Shown here: positions 63,772 through 64,000 of the stretch, in pieces
Layout: each line of letters starts with the position of its first letter
How positions within the stretch are numbered: position 1 is the first letter of the stretch
Assembly (NCBI GenBank): GCA_016182525.1
Contig: JACPGL010000029.1
Span: 22,997-86,996, forward strand
Direction of reading: 5' to 3'
From: Candidatus Kerfeldbacteria bacterium
GTDB lineage: Bacteria > Patescibacteriota > Patescibacteriia > JACPL01
DNA: 64,000 bases
Notes under the pieces: generated by a model
Told to the model about the DNA's origin: nothing
What the model saw: the letters and a program-made list of their open reading frames with translations, nothing else
The model's database searches: none
Translations under genes and position numbers: made by a program

Positions 63772-64000
63772 ATGAAACGTATTCTTGTTACCGGCGCAGG
63801 GGGTTCCGCATGTTACAATTTTATTGAATCGCTCCGGGATAATAACAGTGGAGAAAAATTTTACATCGTTGGTACAGACGTGAGCCGGTATCACATTGAG
63901 TTATCCAATGTTGATAAGCGGTATATTGTCCCGCGAGTGACCGAACCACGATATTTTGATGTCGTCAATACGATCATCGAAAGAGAAAAGATAGATTTTT
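63772..64000 (+). CDS. 3'-truncated ATP-grasp-type protein (N-terminal domain)
   Basis: MKRILVTGAGGSACYNFIESLR...IVGTD...VDKRYIVP...IIEREKIDF, running off the window end. Confidence 0.55.
   Translation, partial: MKRILVTGAGGSACYNFIESLRDNNSGEKFYIVGTDVSRYHIELSNVDKRYIVPRVTEPRYFDVVNTIIEREKIDF

Overview
This looks like a gene-dense chromosomal segment of a Patescibacteria (CPR; probably Parcubacteria/ABY1-like) bacterium. That assignment is inferred from gene content, standard code 11 (TGA stops in many ATGA overlaps) and the rarity of Shine-Dalgarno motifs. In order it contains: (1) the end of a type IV pilus operon (accessory pilin-like protein, PilX-like, PilM/N/O, PilP-position protein); (2) housekeeping genes (rpmA, pyrG, rplI, acylphosphatase, S41 protease, murA with the Cys->Asp active-site change, PEGA protein); (3) a ~34 kb surface-glycan region (dTDP-L-rhamnose rfbABCD, GDP-rhamnose gmd/rmd, ugd, two uxs, UDP-GlcA epimerase, GalE-like, GT2/GT4/GT-C enzymes, Wzx, GtrA) that also holds metK, ahcY and an adenosine-kinase-like PfkB; (4) an operon led by a ~2,940-aa surface protein with nested split domains and 21 propeller blades, coupled to a MacB-like ABC transporter and followed by a catalytically dead HtrA-like protein; (5) corA; and (6) the start of a second sugar operon. 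The most unusual non-coding signal is a set of dispersed hairpin elements with variable stems and conserved junction or loop motifs (GAGCG/GAGCGA). These include two ~170-nt multibranch copies with compensatory changes, two long hairpins sharing an identical 19-nt core, and REP-like units, one of them inserted in frame in a gene. There is also a 24-bp quasi-palindrome duplicated at two operon junctions. I saw no rRNA, tRNA, CRISPR array or transposase. All product calls come from motif recognition by eye, not from database searches.
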